From contig JAWWOW010000023.1 of NCBI GenBank assembly GCA_033851265.1, forward strand, positions 96,675 through 160,674: 64,000 bases of DNA. Direction: 5' to 3'. Source of the stretch: Frankiales bacterium. Its GTDB lineage: Bacteria; Actinomycetota; Actinomycetes; JAWWOW01. The notes under the pieces are model-generated. The model was not told the DNA's origin, did not search any database, and worked only from the letters and a program-made list of their open reading frames with translations. Made by a program: the position numbers and the translations under genes. Shown piece by piece: positions 40,068-49,263 of the stretch (within the stretch, counting starts at the first letter, position 1; the number at the start of each line of letters is the position of its first letter).

Positions 40068-40502
40068 ATGGCAGACCAGGCCTCATCAAGCATCACCATC
40101 AACGCAAAGCCCGCCGACATCATGGGGGTCATCGCGGACTTCCCGGCGTACCCGGACTGGGCGGGCTTCATCAAGAAGGCCGAGGTCGTCGAGGAGTCCG
40201 ACGACGGACGTGCGCGACACGTGCACTTCGTGCTTGACGCTGGCGTCATCAAGGACGACTACGTCCTCGAGTACGAGTGGGATGACGTCAGCAAGGTGTC
40301 GTGGCATCTCGTCAAGGGCGGTGTGCTCAAGGGCATGGACGGCACGTATGCACTCAGCGACGCAGGCGGTGGTGCGACGAAGGTTGACTATCGCCTCGCG
40401 GTCGACTTGAAGATCCCGATGATCGGTCTGATCCGCCGCAAGGCGGAAAAGGTGATCATCGACACCGCACTGAAGGAGCTCAAGAAGCGCGTCGAGCGCT
40501 GA
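40068..40502 (+). CDS. SRPBCC/START family protein (Rv2185c-like)
   Basis: VIADFPAYPDW...RKAEKVIIDTALKELKKRVE. Confidence 0.9.
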   Translation: MADQASSSITINAKPADIMGVIADFPAYPDWAGFIKKAEVVEESDDGRARHVHFVLDAGVIKDDYVLEYEWDDVSKVSWHLVKGGVLKGMDGTYALSDAGGGATKVDYRLAVDLKIPMIGLIRRKAEKVIIDTALKELKKRVER

Positions 40503-40528
40503 TCCTGGCTCCTCTGTAGCCTCTGCGG

Positions 40529-41725
40529 GTGCGCGTCCTGCTCTTCACCGGCAAGGGCGGTGTCGGCAAGACCACCGTCGCCGCTGCCACCGCCGCGCAT
40601 GCAGCGTCACAAGGGCGCAAGACGCTCGTCATCTCGACCGATGCTGCGCACTCACTCGGTGACGCGTTCGGGATCCAGGCCAGCTCGGAACCCGTCGAGG
40701 TCGATACCGGGCTCGCGGTCCAGCAGGTCGACACGCAACGGCGCTTCGAGCAGACCTGGCGGGACGTGCAGTCCTGGCTGGTGAGTGTCCTCGACGCGGT
40801 CGGCGTCGACCCTCTCGAGGCCGAAGAGCTCACCGTCATCCCCGGTGCCGACGAGGTGCTGGCCCTGCTAGAGGTACGCCGACAGGTCGAGAGCGGCGTG
40901 TACGACGTGGTCGTGGTCGACTGCGCCCCCACGGCCGAGACGCTGCGGCTCCTGGCACTGCCGGACGCGTTCAGCTGGTACATCGAGCGCGTCTTCCCGA
41001 TCGAGCGCCGTGTGGTCAAGACACTGCGGCCGATGCTGAACCGCTACACGCGCGTGCCGATGCCACAGGACAAGGTGTTCGACGCGGTCGAGCGGCTGGG
41101 GCGAGAGCTCGCCGCTGTCCGCCAAGTCTTGGCCAATCCTGCGTCCGCATCGGTTCGGCTCGTCCTCACTCCCGAGGCGGTGGTGGTCGCCGAGGCTCGG
41201 CGTACGTTGACGTCGTTGTCGCTCTATGGCTACCGCGTTGACGGTGTCGTCGCCAACCGCGTGTTCCCCTCTGACGGCGCCGACGAGTGGCGCGCCGGCT
41301 GGGTCGCGTCGCAAGCTGCACAGCTCGCCGAGGTCTCGCAGTCATTTGCGCCGCTGCCGATCTGGCAGGCGCCGTACCGTCCGAGCGAACCCGTCGGTAT
41401 CGACGCGCTCGGCGATGTTGCGCTGGAGCTGTACGGCGAGGTCGGCGTACACGATCCGCTTGCGGCGCCGTCGGGTCCTGAGCTGGTCGAGGTGGAGCGG
41501 AGTGGTGACGAGTTCGTGCTGTCGATCGCGTTGCCGCTAGCGGACAAACGCGAGGTCGACCTTGTACGGAAGGGCGACGAGCTAGTGGTGACCGTTGGTT
41601 CGCACCGACGCGTGCTCGCACTGCCGAGTGCGCTGCGTCGATGCACGGTTGTTGGTGCCGCGCTGCGCGACGGTCGTTTGCGGGTGCGGTTCGAACCGGA
41701 CCCGGCATTGTGGATGGGGCTGTGA
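40529..41725 (+). CDS. ArsA/Get3-family ATPase with C-terminal HSP20-like domain
   Basis: GKGGVGKTT, STDAAHSLGD and DCAPTAETLRLL; beta-rich C-terminus (DELVVTVGSHRR). Confidence 0.9.
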   Translation: MRVLLFTGKGGVGKTTVAAATAAHAASQGRKTLVISTDAAHSLGDAFGIQASSEPVEVDTGLAVQQVDTQRRFEQTWRDVQSWLVSVLDAVGVDPLEAEELTVIPGADEVLALLEVRRQVESGVYDVVVVDCAPTAETLRLLALPDAFSWYIERVFPIERRVVKTLRPMLNRYTRVPMPQDKVFDAVERLGRELAAVRQVLANPASASVRLVLTPEAVVVAEARRTLTSLSLYGYRVDGVVANRVFPSDGADEWRAGWVASQAAQLAEVSQSFAPLPIWQAPYRPSEPVGIDALGDVALELYGEVGVHDPLAAPSGPELVEVERSGDEFVLSIALPLADKREVDLVRKGDELVVTVGSHRRVLALPSALRRCTVVGAALRDGRLRVRFEPDPALWMGL

Positions 41726-42054
41726 CGACGTCAACTGAGGGCATCGGGTCGGTCGGCGAGGAAGCCAGCCGACTCTTCACGGCATTCGAGGCATGGGTGA
41801 AAGACGCCGCCGGCGGTGCGGGCGCGGCGTTCGCCACTGCTGACGCGCACGTCGCGACGGGGTCCGCGGAATGCCAGCTGTGCCCGGTGTGCCGACTCAT
41901 CGCGCTGTTGCGTGGAACGCGCCCCGAAGTGTTCGAGCACCTTGTCGACGCGACCGGGTCGATGCTGGCCGCGATGCGTGCCGCGATCGACGCGCACGAG
42001 CATGGGTGGGCCAGCCGACGCAGCAGTCCGGTCGAACACATCGACATCGGATGA
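41722..42054 (+). CDS. DUF5304/Rv2183c-like protein
   Basis: ECQLCPVCRLI...PEVFEHL; ends VEHIDI. Confidence 0.8.
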   Translation: MTTSTEGIGSVGEEASRLFTAFEAWVKDAAGGAGAAFATADAHVATGSAECQLCPVCRLIALLRGTRPEVFEHLVDATGSMLAAMRAAIDAHEHGWASRRSSPVEHIDIG

Positions 42055-42064
42055 CCAAGCCGGG

Positions 42065-43012
42065 ATGACACTCAATATCGGCGTCGACATCGGGGGAACG
42101 AAGGTCGCCGCCGGCGTCGTCGCCGAAGACGGGACCGTGCTTCAAGTCACCCGTCGCGGGACCCCGAGCGCGCACCCCGAAGCGATCGAAGACACCATCG
42201 CTGACGTTGTTGCAGAGCTCCGCAAAGACCACGACGTCGCAGCGGTTGGCGTCGGCGCGGCTGGGTTCATCGACGCGGCCCGGTCGGTGGTGCTCTTTGC
42301 TCCCAACCTTGCTTGGCGTAACGAGCCACTGCGCGACGAGGTAGCCAAGCGCATCGGTCTGCCCGTCATCGTCGAGAACGACGCGAACGCCGCTGCTTGG
42401 GCCGAAACGAAGTTCGGTGCTGGCCGCGGTCACCTGGACACGGTGACCGTCACGGTCGGCACGGGAATCGGCGGCGGGATCGTGGCCAACGGCCATCTCT
42501 ATCGAGGCGCCTTCGGGATCGGCGCCGAGATCGGTCACATGGAAGTGGTGCGCGACGGGCTGCGCTGCGGTTGCGGGAAACGCGGTTGCTGGGAGCAATA
42601 CGCAAGCGGGCGGGCGCTGTTGCGGGAGGCGCGCGAAATCGCGACGTCGTATCCGGAACGAGCCGCAATGCTGCTCGAGGCGGGCGAGGATGACCCGGAC
42701 GGGTTCGGTGGTCCCGATGTCACGACTGCCGCACGATCGGGTGACAAGGCAGCGATTGAGGCGTTTCGGGTGGTCGGAGAGTGGCTCGGCCACGGCTTGG
42801 CGAGTCTCGCCGTGATCCTCGACCCATCGGTGTTCATTGTCGGCGGCGGGGTGTCTGATGCCGGTGAGTTGTTGCTCGGACCCGCACGTACGGCGTTCAT
42901 CGACCGGCTGCCCGGCGCGGACTACCGACCCCTCGCCGAAGTTCGGCTGGCCGAGCTCGGCAACCAAGCCGGGCTCGTCGGCGCGGCCGACCTGGCCCGC
43001 GACACAGACTGA
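42065..43012 (+). CDS. glkA: ROK family glucokinase
   Basis: GVDIGGTK, ENDANAAA, GTGIGGG and EIGH..CGCGKRGCWE motifs. Confidence 0.93.
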   Translation: MTLNIGVDIGGTKVAAGVVAEDGTVLQVTRRGTPSAHPEAIEDTIADVVAELRKDHDVAAVGVGAAGFIDAARSVVLFAPNLAWRNEPLRDEVAKRIGLPVIVENDANAAAWAETKFGAGRGHLDTVTVTVGTGIGGGIVANGHLYRGAFGIGAEIGHMEVVRDGLRCGCGKRGCWEQYASGRALLREAREIATSYPERAAMLLEAGEDDPDGFGGPDVTTAARSGDKAAIEAFRVVGEWLGHGLASLAVILDPSVFIVGGGVSDAGELLLGPARTAFIDRLPGADYRPLAEVRLAELGNQAGLVGAADLARDTD

Positions 43013-43020
43013 CGACCGTC

Positions 43021-43953
43021 GTGAGAGTCGTCGCCGCGCTCGGCGGCAATGCGTTGTCACCGGAAGGTGGCGCGGGCACGGTCGATGAGATGCGTGCGTC
43101 GCTGGCAGCGACGAGTGCCTTCTTGGGTGACCTGGTCGAGCGCGATGTCGGTCTGGTCATCACCCACGGCAACGGACCGCAGATCGGTCGCATCCTGTTG
43201 CAACAGGAGTACGCGGGGGCGTTCGTGCCGCCGATGCCGATGGATGTCTGCGGCGCCGAAAGCCAGGGACAGATCGGGTACCTGCTGTCGCAGGAGCTCG
43301 ACTCAGAGCTCCGCAGACGGCATCTCGACACCCGCGTGTTGTGCCTGGTCACTTCGGTGATCGTCGACGGACGTGATCCTGCATTTCGCCGGCCGACCAA
43401 GCCGGTCGGCCCGTCGTACATCCGATCCGATGCGCAACGGATCGCGCACGAGACCGGCCATGTTTTTCAGATCATGCCGGACAAGCGGTGGCGTCGCGTG
43501 GTGCCGTCACCGTTGCCGCAACGGTTTGTTGAGGAAGCTGCCCTGCTGGAAGTGATCGAGGCCGGGCACATCGTGGTTGCGGCTGGCGGCGGCGGTGTGC
43601 CCGTGGTCGAGGTCGGTGACACGATCCGCGGCGTCGAGGCCGTCGTCGACAAGGATCGGAGTGCTGCGCGCCTCGGAACGTTGGTGAACGCGGACCTCTT
43701 GCTGATACTGACCGCCGTCGACCGCGTGCAAGTCGGTTACGGAACCAAACATGCGCGCGAACTGGAGCACCTCACGGTCGCTGAAGCCCGTGAGTTGCTC
43801 GCTGCTGGTGAGTTTCCCGAAGGATCGATGGGTCCGAAGATAGAAGCCTGCTGTGACTTCGTCGAAGCCGGTGGTGGGAGCGCCGTCATCGCCGCGTTGC
43901 ATCAAGCCTCCGACGCCGTCTTCGGCGATGCCGGCACAAAAATCACGGCGTGA
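43021..43953 (+). CDS. arcC: Carbamate kinase
   Basis: ALGGNAL, THGNGPQIG, PTKPVG, EAVVDKD and GSMGPK motifs. Confidence 0.95.
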   Translation: MRVVAALGGNALSPEGGAGTVDEMRASLAATSAFLGDLVERDVGLVITHGNGPQIGRILLQQEYAGAFVPPMPMDVCGAESQGQIGYLLSQELDSELRRRHLDTRVLCLVTSVIVDGRDPAFRRPTKPVGPSYIRSDAQRIAHETGHVFQIMPDKRWRRVVPSPLPQRFVEEAALLEVIEAGHIVVAAGGGGVPVVEVGDTIRGVEAVVDKDRSAARLGTLVNADLLLILTAVDRVQVGYGTKHARELEHLTVAEARELLAAGEFPEGSMGPKIEACCDFVEAGGGSAVIAALHQASDAVFGDAGTKITA

Positions 43954-43984
43954 CTCGACCCGAGCCGTGCCAGACTCGCTGTTC

Positions 43985-44599
43985 ATGCGGCACAACCCCC
44001 ATCACGCCACCGAGGATCCCGAAGTAGTTCGTCGGCTGATCCGGGAGAACCCGTGGGGGACGTTGGTCAGCAACAACAACGGCGAGCTCGTCGCCTCGCA
44101 CTACCCGGTTTTGCTCGACGACGAGGCAGCCGAACTCGCGGTGTTCACCCACGTCGGTCGGCCCGACGAAGTGGTCCATGGATTCGGTGACCGGGAGATT
44201 CTGCTGATCATCGAGGGGCGCAACGGATACATCTCACCAAGCTGGTACGCGCCAGGTGCAATACGCGCGCCCACCTGGAACTTCAGTGCGGCGCATTGTT
44301 ATGGCGTGCCGCAGATCCTCGGCGATGAGGAGACTCTGGCGGTGCTCGGCAGGCTTGTCGCGCACTTCGAACGCCACGTCGAAGAACCGATGCTGCTGGA
44401 TCCAGGTTGGGGTCGACCGGTCGCCCGGGGGACCGTCGGCATCCGGCTGCCGATCACGCGGTTCGTCTGCAAGGTCAAGATGAGTCAGGACAAGGATCCG
44501 GTCACCCAGCGTCAAGTGATGGCTCACTTGCGTTCGCCGGGTCCGTACCAGCATCCCGAACTTGCCGACGATATGGCGCGGGCTCTCTCCACGGACTGA
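43985..44599 (+). CDS. PaiB-like FMN-binding split-barrel protein
   Basis: GYISPSWY, PTWNF and KMSQDK motifs. Confidence 0.9.
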   Translation: MRHNPHHATEDPEVVRRLIRENPWGTLVSNNNGELVASHYPVLLDDEAAELAVFTHVGRPDEVVHGFGDREILLIIEGRNGYISPSWYAPGAIRAPTWNFSAAHCYGVPQILGDEETLAVLGRLVAHFERHVEEPMLLDPGWGRPVARGTVGIRLPITRFVCKVKMSQDKDPVTQRQVMAHLRSPGPYQHPELADDMARALSTD

Positions 44600-44625
44600 C
44601 TCGGCGCGACATAGGGTCGTACGCC

Positions 44626-45318
44626 GTGCCTGATCTCCGCGTTCTCTCTTACAACGTCCGATCGTTGAAGGACGACAAGATTGCTGTCGCTGCGGTCATC
44701 CGTGCGTGCAATCCCGACGTCGTCTGCATTCAGGAGGCGCCGCGCTTCCTCCGGTGGCGGTCTAAGGCGGCGGAACTGGCACGCACATCAGGCCTATTGG
44801 TCGTTACCGGAGGCCGTACCGCGGGTGCGATGTTGCTGCTGGCACGTCAAGGCGTCGACGTCGAGGCGAAGCACGACGTCCTGCTATCCAAGGCGCCCAA
44901 GCTCCACCAGCGGGGGCTCGCGATCGGCGTGCTCAAGATTCTTGGTGCGCGTATCTGCGTGGCGAGCATGCACCTCGACCTCGAGGCAGGGGAGCGACGC
45001 AAGCACGTTGATGAGGTGTTCACCCACTTGGACCGGGTGCGCAAGGGCGCACCGATCATTCTGGCCGGTGACGTCAACGAAGAGCCGGGTGAGCCGGCGT
45101 GGGAGGCGATCACCGCCCGGCTGACGGACGCCGGCGCTGTCGCGCCGACCGGCGATATCGTGACGTTCAGCGCGCAGAACCCGCACAAGATCATCGACGG
45201 CATTTTCGTCGATCCGTCGATCGAGGTGATCAGCTGCGGCGTCCCCGACGTACCCGGTGTGCAGCAGGCGAGCGACCACCGACCCGTGCTCGCTGAGCTC
45301 CGGCTGCCCACCCTTTAG
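44626..45318 (+). CDS. Endonuclease/exonuclease/phosphatase family protein
   Basis: LSYNV, IQEAP, AGDVN, IDGIF and SDHRP motifs. Confidence 0.9.
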   Translation: MPDLRVLSYNVRSLKDDKIAVAAVIRACNPDVVCIQEAPRFLRWRSKAAELARTSGLLVVTGGRTAGAMLLLARQGVDVEAKHDVLLSKAPKLHQRGLAIGVLKILGARICVASMHLDLEAGERRKHVDEVFTHLDRVRKGAPIILAGDVNEEPGEPAWEAITARLTDAGAVAPTGDIVTFSAQNPHKIIDGIFVDPSIEVISCGVPDVPGVQQASDHRPVLAELRLPTL

Positions 45319-45333
45319 CAAACTCGCGGGGTC

Positions 45334-45351
45334 CTCACAGCCAACCTTCAG
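45334..45351 (+). promoter_or_regulatory. Possible OmpR-family direct repeat upstream of the apbE operon
   Basis: CTCACAG and CCTTCAG at an 11-bp period. Confidence 0.35.
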
Positions 45352-45372
45352 GTTCTCGGCGCAGGGTCGTCG

Positions 45373-45756
45373 GTGACCGACAGGAGACCCGCCATGGACG
45401 GTACGACCGATCCCACCGCCTCCCGAGCCGACCTCGATCGCCGTGACCGCGAGCGCAGGCTTCGTCGCAGCCGCGCCGTCGCTGCTGCTGCCAGCTTCGG
45501 CGGGTTCGCCAGCCTGGTCGCCGTTCTCGTCGGCGCGTCCTCGCCCGGGAGTCAGGCGACGACGACCCCCACAACTGTGACGACGAACACCACGACGAGC
45601 GATGACACGTCGGGTAGTGACACATCGAGTAGTGACGCGGCAAGCGATGACACCTCGAGCGGCGCTACGGCGAACTCAAGCACGGGGAGCACGGCATCCG
45701 CGAGCTCGAGTCAAACGACGACGGTCACGCCTGACACCGTCACCAGGGCGAGCTGA
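45373..45756 (+). CDS. Small membrane-anchored Ser/Thr-rich protein, candidate ApbE substrate
   Basis: Arg-rich stretch plus TM, then low-complexity tail with DTSSGAT and terminal DTVTRAS; 2 bp before apbE. Confidence 0.7.
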   Translation: MTDRRPAMDGTTDPTASRADLDRRDRERRLRRSRAVAAAASFGGFASLVAVLVGASSPGSQATTTPTTVTTNTTTSDDTSGSDTSSSDAASDDTSSGATANSSTGSTASASSSQTTTVTPDTVTRAS

Positions 45757-45758
45757 CC

Positions 45759-46730
45759 ATGGGCGCCGCCAACTCGTGGTCGTTGACCCGCACGGACGAC
45801 CCGCGCCTGGTGCTGGTTGCCGCACCGTTCTATGAGACGCGGCTGTCGACGATGGGTACGCAGGCGCACATCGCCGCGGTGCACGGCGACGCCGGTCTCA
45901 TCGAGGACGCCGCGTCGCGACTCACCGATCTCCATCGGTTGTGGACCCGGTTCGAGGAGGCCAGCGACGTCAGCCGCATCAACGCCGGCGCAGGACACCC
46001 CGTCGCGGTGTCGCCGGAGACTGTTCTGCTCGTCGGCCTGGCGCTGGACGCATGGGAGCAAACAGACGGACGTTACGACCCGTCGGTCTTGCCTGCGTTG
46101 CTCGCCACCGGATACGACCGCGACTTTGCCGAGCTCGACGACACGACCGTCGGCTCGGGTGAAGGGTCACCCGCCCCTGGGTGCGCAGGAGTTCTCGTGG
46201 ATGTCGCCGCGTCGACCGTGACGGTGCCGGCTGGTCACACCATTGACGTCAGCGGAATCGCCAAAGGGCTCGCAGCCGATCTCGTCGTCGCCGACCTGCT
46301 GGAAGGCGGCGCGATCGGAGCTTGCGTCAACATCGGTGGCGACCTTCGCGTCGAGGGGTCATCGCCGAAGCCCGGCGGTTGGATCATCGGTGTCGAGCAT
46401 CCTCGAGCCCAATTCCTGCTGGGTTGCTTGCGGCTGCGTTTTGGAGCGGTCGCCACGTCGAGTCGCGTGAAGCGATCCTGGGGTCCGGCGGATGCACGTC
46501 AACACCACATCATCGATCCGTTCACCGGCCGTCCAGCTGACACCGGCGTACAAGCCGTAACTGTTGTTTCCAACGAAGGATGGCGGGCCGAGGCGTTGAC
46601 GACGGCCGCATTTCTTGCGGGTGCTGACCACGCGGTTGCTCTGCTCGAGGCCGAAGGAGCATCCGGTTTGATCGTCCGCGACGACGACACGCTCGCCTTC
46701 GCCGGCGCGTGGACGGAGCTGCTCGCATGA
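45759..46730 (+). CDS. apbE: FAD:protein FMN transferase
   Basis: MGT, SDVSRIN, SGIAKG, NIGGDL, ATSS and HHIIDPFTG motifs. Confidence 0.93.
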   Translation: MGAANSWSLTRTDDPRLVLVAAPFYETRLSTMGTQAHIAAVHGDAGLIEDAASRLTDLHRLWTRFEEASDVSRINAGAGHPVAVSPETVLLVGLALDAWEQTDGRYDPSVLPALLATGYDRDFAELDDTTVGSGEGSPAPGCAGVLVDVAASTVTVPAGHTIDVSGIAKGLAADLVVADLLEGGAIGACVNIGGDLRVEGSSPKPGGWIIGVEHPRAQFLLGCLRLRFGAVATSSRVKRSWGPADARQHHIIDPFTGRPADTGVQAVTVVSNEGWRAEALTTAAFLAGADHAVALLEAEGASGLIVRDDDTLAFAGAWTELLA

Positions 46731-47341
46731 ACGGCACGTTGCCTTGGTACGTCGCGCGCTCGGGCGGGCTCGTCACCTACGTGCTGCTCACCGTCAGTGT
46801 GATCTTCGGTACGGCGGTGGCGGCGCGGGCGTTCCGCAACAAGCCGGGGTTGCCGTGGATGAACGGCATGCACGAGTGGCTGGGGACGCTGACGCTGGGA
46901 TTCCTCGGCGTGCACGTCGTCGGACTGTTGCTCGACACCTACATCGGGTTCTCGATCGTGGAGGTCCTCGTGCCGTTCACGTCGCACTACCGGCCTGGCG
47001 TCGTCGCCTGGGGGATCGTCGCGTTCTATCTGCTGCTGGTGGTGCAACTCTCGGCACGGTTCCGCGGGAAGCTCCCACGCAAGTGGCGGCCGCTCTGGAA
47101 GCGCGCGCACATGATGGCTTATCCGTTGTTCATCGTCAGCACCGTGCACTTGCTCACCGTCGGCACAGACGCCCGGACGCTCCCGGTGCTCCTGCTGGTC
47201 GCTGCTGCCATCGCTGCCACTGTCGCCGCTGCCGCCCGCTCGCGCTGGCTGCGCGATCAGCGCGCGTTGGCGAGGACTCCGGCCGCGGCTCCGGCTCCGC
47301 AGCAGGACTTAGCCGTACGACGGCACGAGCTGGTGGGCTAA
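46727..47341 (+). CDS. Ferric reductase-like (MsrQ-like) heme transmembrane protein
   Basis: WYVARSGG, His pairs (MHEWL..VH; WKRAH..VH) and GTD; ATGA overlap. Confidence 0.88.
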   Translation: MNGTLPWYVARSGGLVTYVLLTVSVIFGTAVAARAFRNKPGLPWMNGMHEWLGTLTLGFLGVHVVGLLLDTYIGFSIVEVLVPFTSHYRPGVVAWGIVAFYLLLVVQLSARFRGKLPRKWRPLWKRAHMMAYPLFIVSTVHLLTVGTDARTLPVLLLVAAAIAATVAAAARSRWLRDQRALARTPAAAPAPQQDLAVRRHELVG

Positions 47342-48538
47342 CTGTTCGAGGAACAGTCCGATGTCGGTGACGATGCCCATCGCCTGGGCTGACCCGCGAT
47401 CGGCCAGCTTGGTGACGGTCGCGGGATTGATGTCGACGCTGACCAGGGGAATCGACGCCGGGAGGATGTTTCCCGTCGCGATGGAGTGCAGCATGGTCGC
47501 GACCATCACCGCGATGCCGACGCCTTTGAGATGGGCCCGCATCGCGCGTTGCCCTTCGATAACGTCGGTGTAGACGTCGGGCAGGGGCCCGTCGTCGCGC
47601 ACCGACCCGACAAGCACGAACTCCTTGTGCGCCTTGACCATCGCGTGCATGACGCCGCCGGTGAGTACGCCGGATTCGACAGCCGCGGCGATCGAGCCCG
47701 CCTTGCGGATCATGTTGATCGCGCGGATGTGGTGTTCGTGGCCGTGTTCCACACCGCGTCCCTGGGTGAGGTCAATGCCGAGCGACGTACCGAACAACGC
47801 GGCTTCGATGTCATGTGTCGCCAACGCGTTGCCCGCGAACAGCACGTCGACGAAACCGGCTTCGACCAGCGCGACCATTGCTGGTGCTGCGCCGGTGTGG
47901 ACCACGGCCGGGCCGGCGACCCAGAGCACCTTCTCGCCTTCGGCCTTGACTTCCTTCATGCGTTGAGCGATCTGCCGGACGAGCAGGGCCTGCGGCTTCT
48001 CTGATGACACGACCGAGCTCATGAACCCAAACGCGTCGTCGCTCGTCGCTGAATGCGGGCGCAGCGGCAGCACGACCTTGACGCCGCTCGCACCGCAGAC
48101 GATTTGGTCGCCGGCCTTCACATCGCTGACCGGGACGGTGCGCACCCGCCCTTTCTCGACGAGCAGGCCGCAGTCCATCTCCGGGTTCTCGACGGGGATC
48201 CACTGCCCCTCGAGCCGGACCACGGTCTCGAGGTTGGTCGTCGAGTAGAAGTCCTCAGGAAAGACGCCGTCCTGCTCAGCAGCACGGATGATCGCCTCGC
48301 CCGGGTCGACCGGGTTGACGCCGTACGCCTGTAGCCGCATGAGCAAACGCTGCAGATCCGCGTCGTTCGGGGCGTGCAGGCCGATGCGCGCGTAGGACTC
48401 GTCGTCGTGTGTCTTACCGACCTCGAACTTCTCGATGACGTAGTCGCAGCCGTAGTCGAGCACGTCGTCGAGCACCCGTGCGAGCACGCCGGAGTCCATG
48501 AGGTGCCCGCTGATCTCGACCGTCTCGCGCGCCTGCAC
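47309..48538 (-). CDS. TIGR00300 / LOR-SDH-domain protein (ornithine cyclodeaminase-type)
   Basis: GHLMDS, FYSTTN, FMSSVVSSEK, GNALATHDIE, GSVRDDGPLP and MLHSIATGN. Confidence 0.9.
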   Translation of the reverse strand: MQARETVEISGHLMDSGVLARVLDDVLDYGCDYVIEKFEVGKTHDDESYARIGLHAPNDADLQRLLMRLQAYGVNPVDPGEAIIRAAEQDGVFPEDFYSTTNLETVVRLEGQWIPVENPEMDCGLLVEKGRVRTVPVSDVKAGDQIVCGASGVKVVLPLRPHSATSDDAFGFMSSVVSSEKPQALLVRQIAQRMKEVKAEGEKVLWVAGPAVVHTGAAPAMVALVEAGFVDVLFAGNALATHDIEAALFGTSLGIDLTQGRGVEHGHEHHIRAINMIRKAGSIAAAVESGVLTGGVMHAMVKAHKEFVLVGSVRDDGPLPDVYTDVIEGQRAMRAHLKGVGIAVMVATMLHSIATGNILPASIPLVSVDINPATVTKLADRGSAQAMGIVTDIGLFLEQLAHQLVPSYG

Positions 48539-48561
48539 TGAGTCCTCCCGAAGAATCCCGC

Positions 48562-49257
48562 TCAGACGACGGCGCCGTCGTCCGGTCCGGAATCAGTCGG
48601 CGGTGAGTCTTTCATCCGCAGGACGAGCAGGACGAACCCACCGATGATGCTGGCGACGGCAATCAGCAGCCATCCCGTGCCGAGCGTCTTGCCAGCCATC
48701 GCGGGGAGAAGCAGCAACAAACACCCACCGATCAACGCGATCCACCCATAGCGCGTGTGTGGGCTGTCGAGTGGTTGCAACGGAGGGTCAGGCGGCACGA
48801 AGTGGTCGTCGTCGACAGGTGCCGGCGGGAGAATCTCGTACGCCGGCTCCTCGGCCGTCGACGCGGACGTTGACGCTTCGACCTCTTGTCCGGTGCGTCG
48901 CTCGGCGGTGTCGTCGGACTCCAATGACTTGACGAGCTCCGCCCAGCGTTCGTCTTCAAGCGACGCGCGCAGCTCAGGCAGCGTGACCGACACCAGCTGC
49001 TCGGCCTCGCGGCGCAGCGAAGCGTCCACCCAGAGTCGATCGATCGGCGGGATCGGGAGCTGGACGGGATACAAGGTGGCGGAGTCGGGTTGAGCCGGTG
49101 CGATGTATGCCGGGATCGACGCATCACGCAACGCCTCGAGGAGCGGTGCCGCGAGTCGCGGATCTACGTCGCACACCGACACCCAGTTGTCGGCCCGCAG
49201 GCCGTTTCCGCGCTCCGACGATGGCGACCGGTCACCGGTGAAGGCATCGTCGCTCAC
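48562..49257 (-). CDS. Conserved hypothetical membrane protein
   Basis: DRLWVD, HFVPPDPP, two C-terminal TMs and DDGAVV end. Confidence 0.8.
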   Translation of the reverse strand: MSDDAFTGDRSPSSERGNGLRADNWVSVCDVDPRLAAPLLEALRDASIPAYIAPAQPDSATLYPVQLPIPPIDRLWVDASLRREAEQLVSVTLPELRASLEDERWAELVKSLESDDTAERRTGQEVEASTSASTAEEPAYEILPPAPVDDDHFVPPDPPLQPLDSPHTRYGWIALIGGCLLLLLPAMAGKTLGTGWLLIAVASIIGGFVLLVLRMKDSPPTDSGPDDGAVV

Positions 49258-49263
49258 GGTTTG

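Noticed and set aside
40529-41725. Arsenic resistance ATPase
   Set aside because: No arsB/acr3/arsC/arsR nearby; the context is the conserved Rv2184c-like locus.
47309-47341. 33-bp overlap of convergent 3' ends as antisense regulation
   Set aside because: Short convergent overlaps are common and there is no further evidence.
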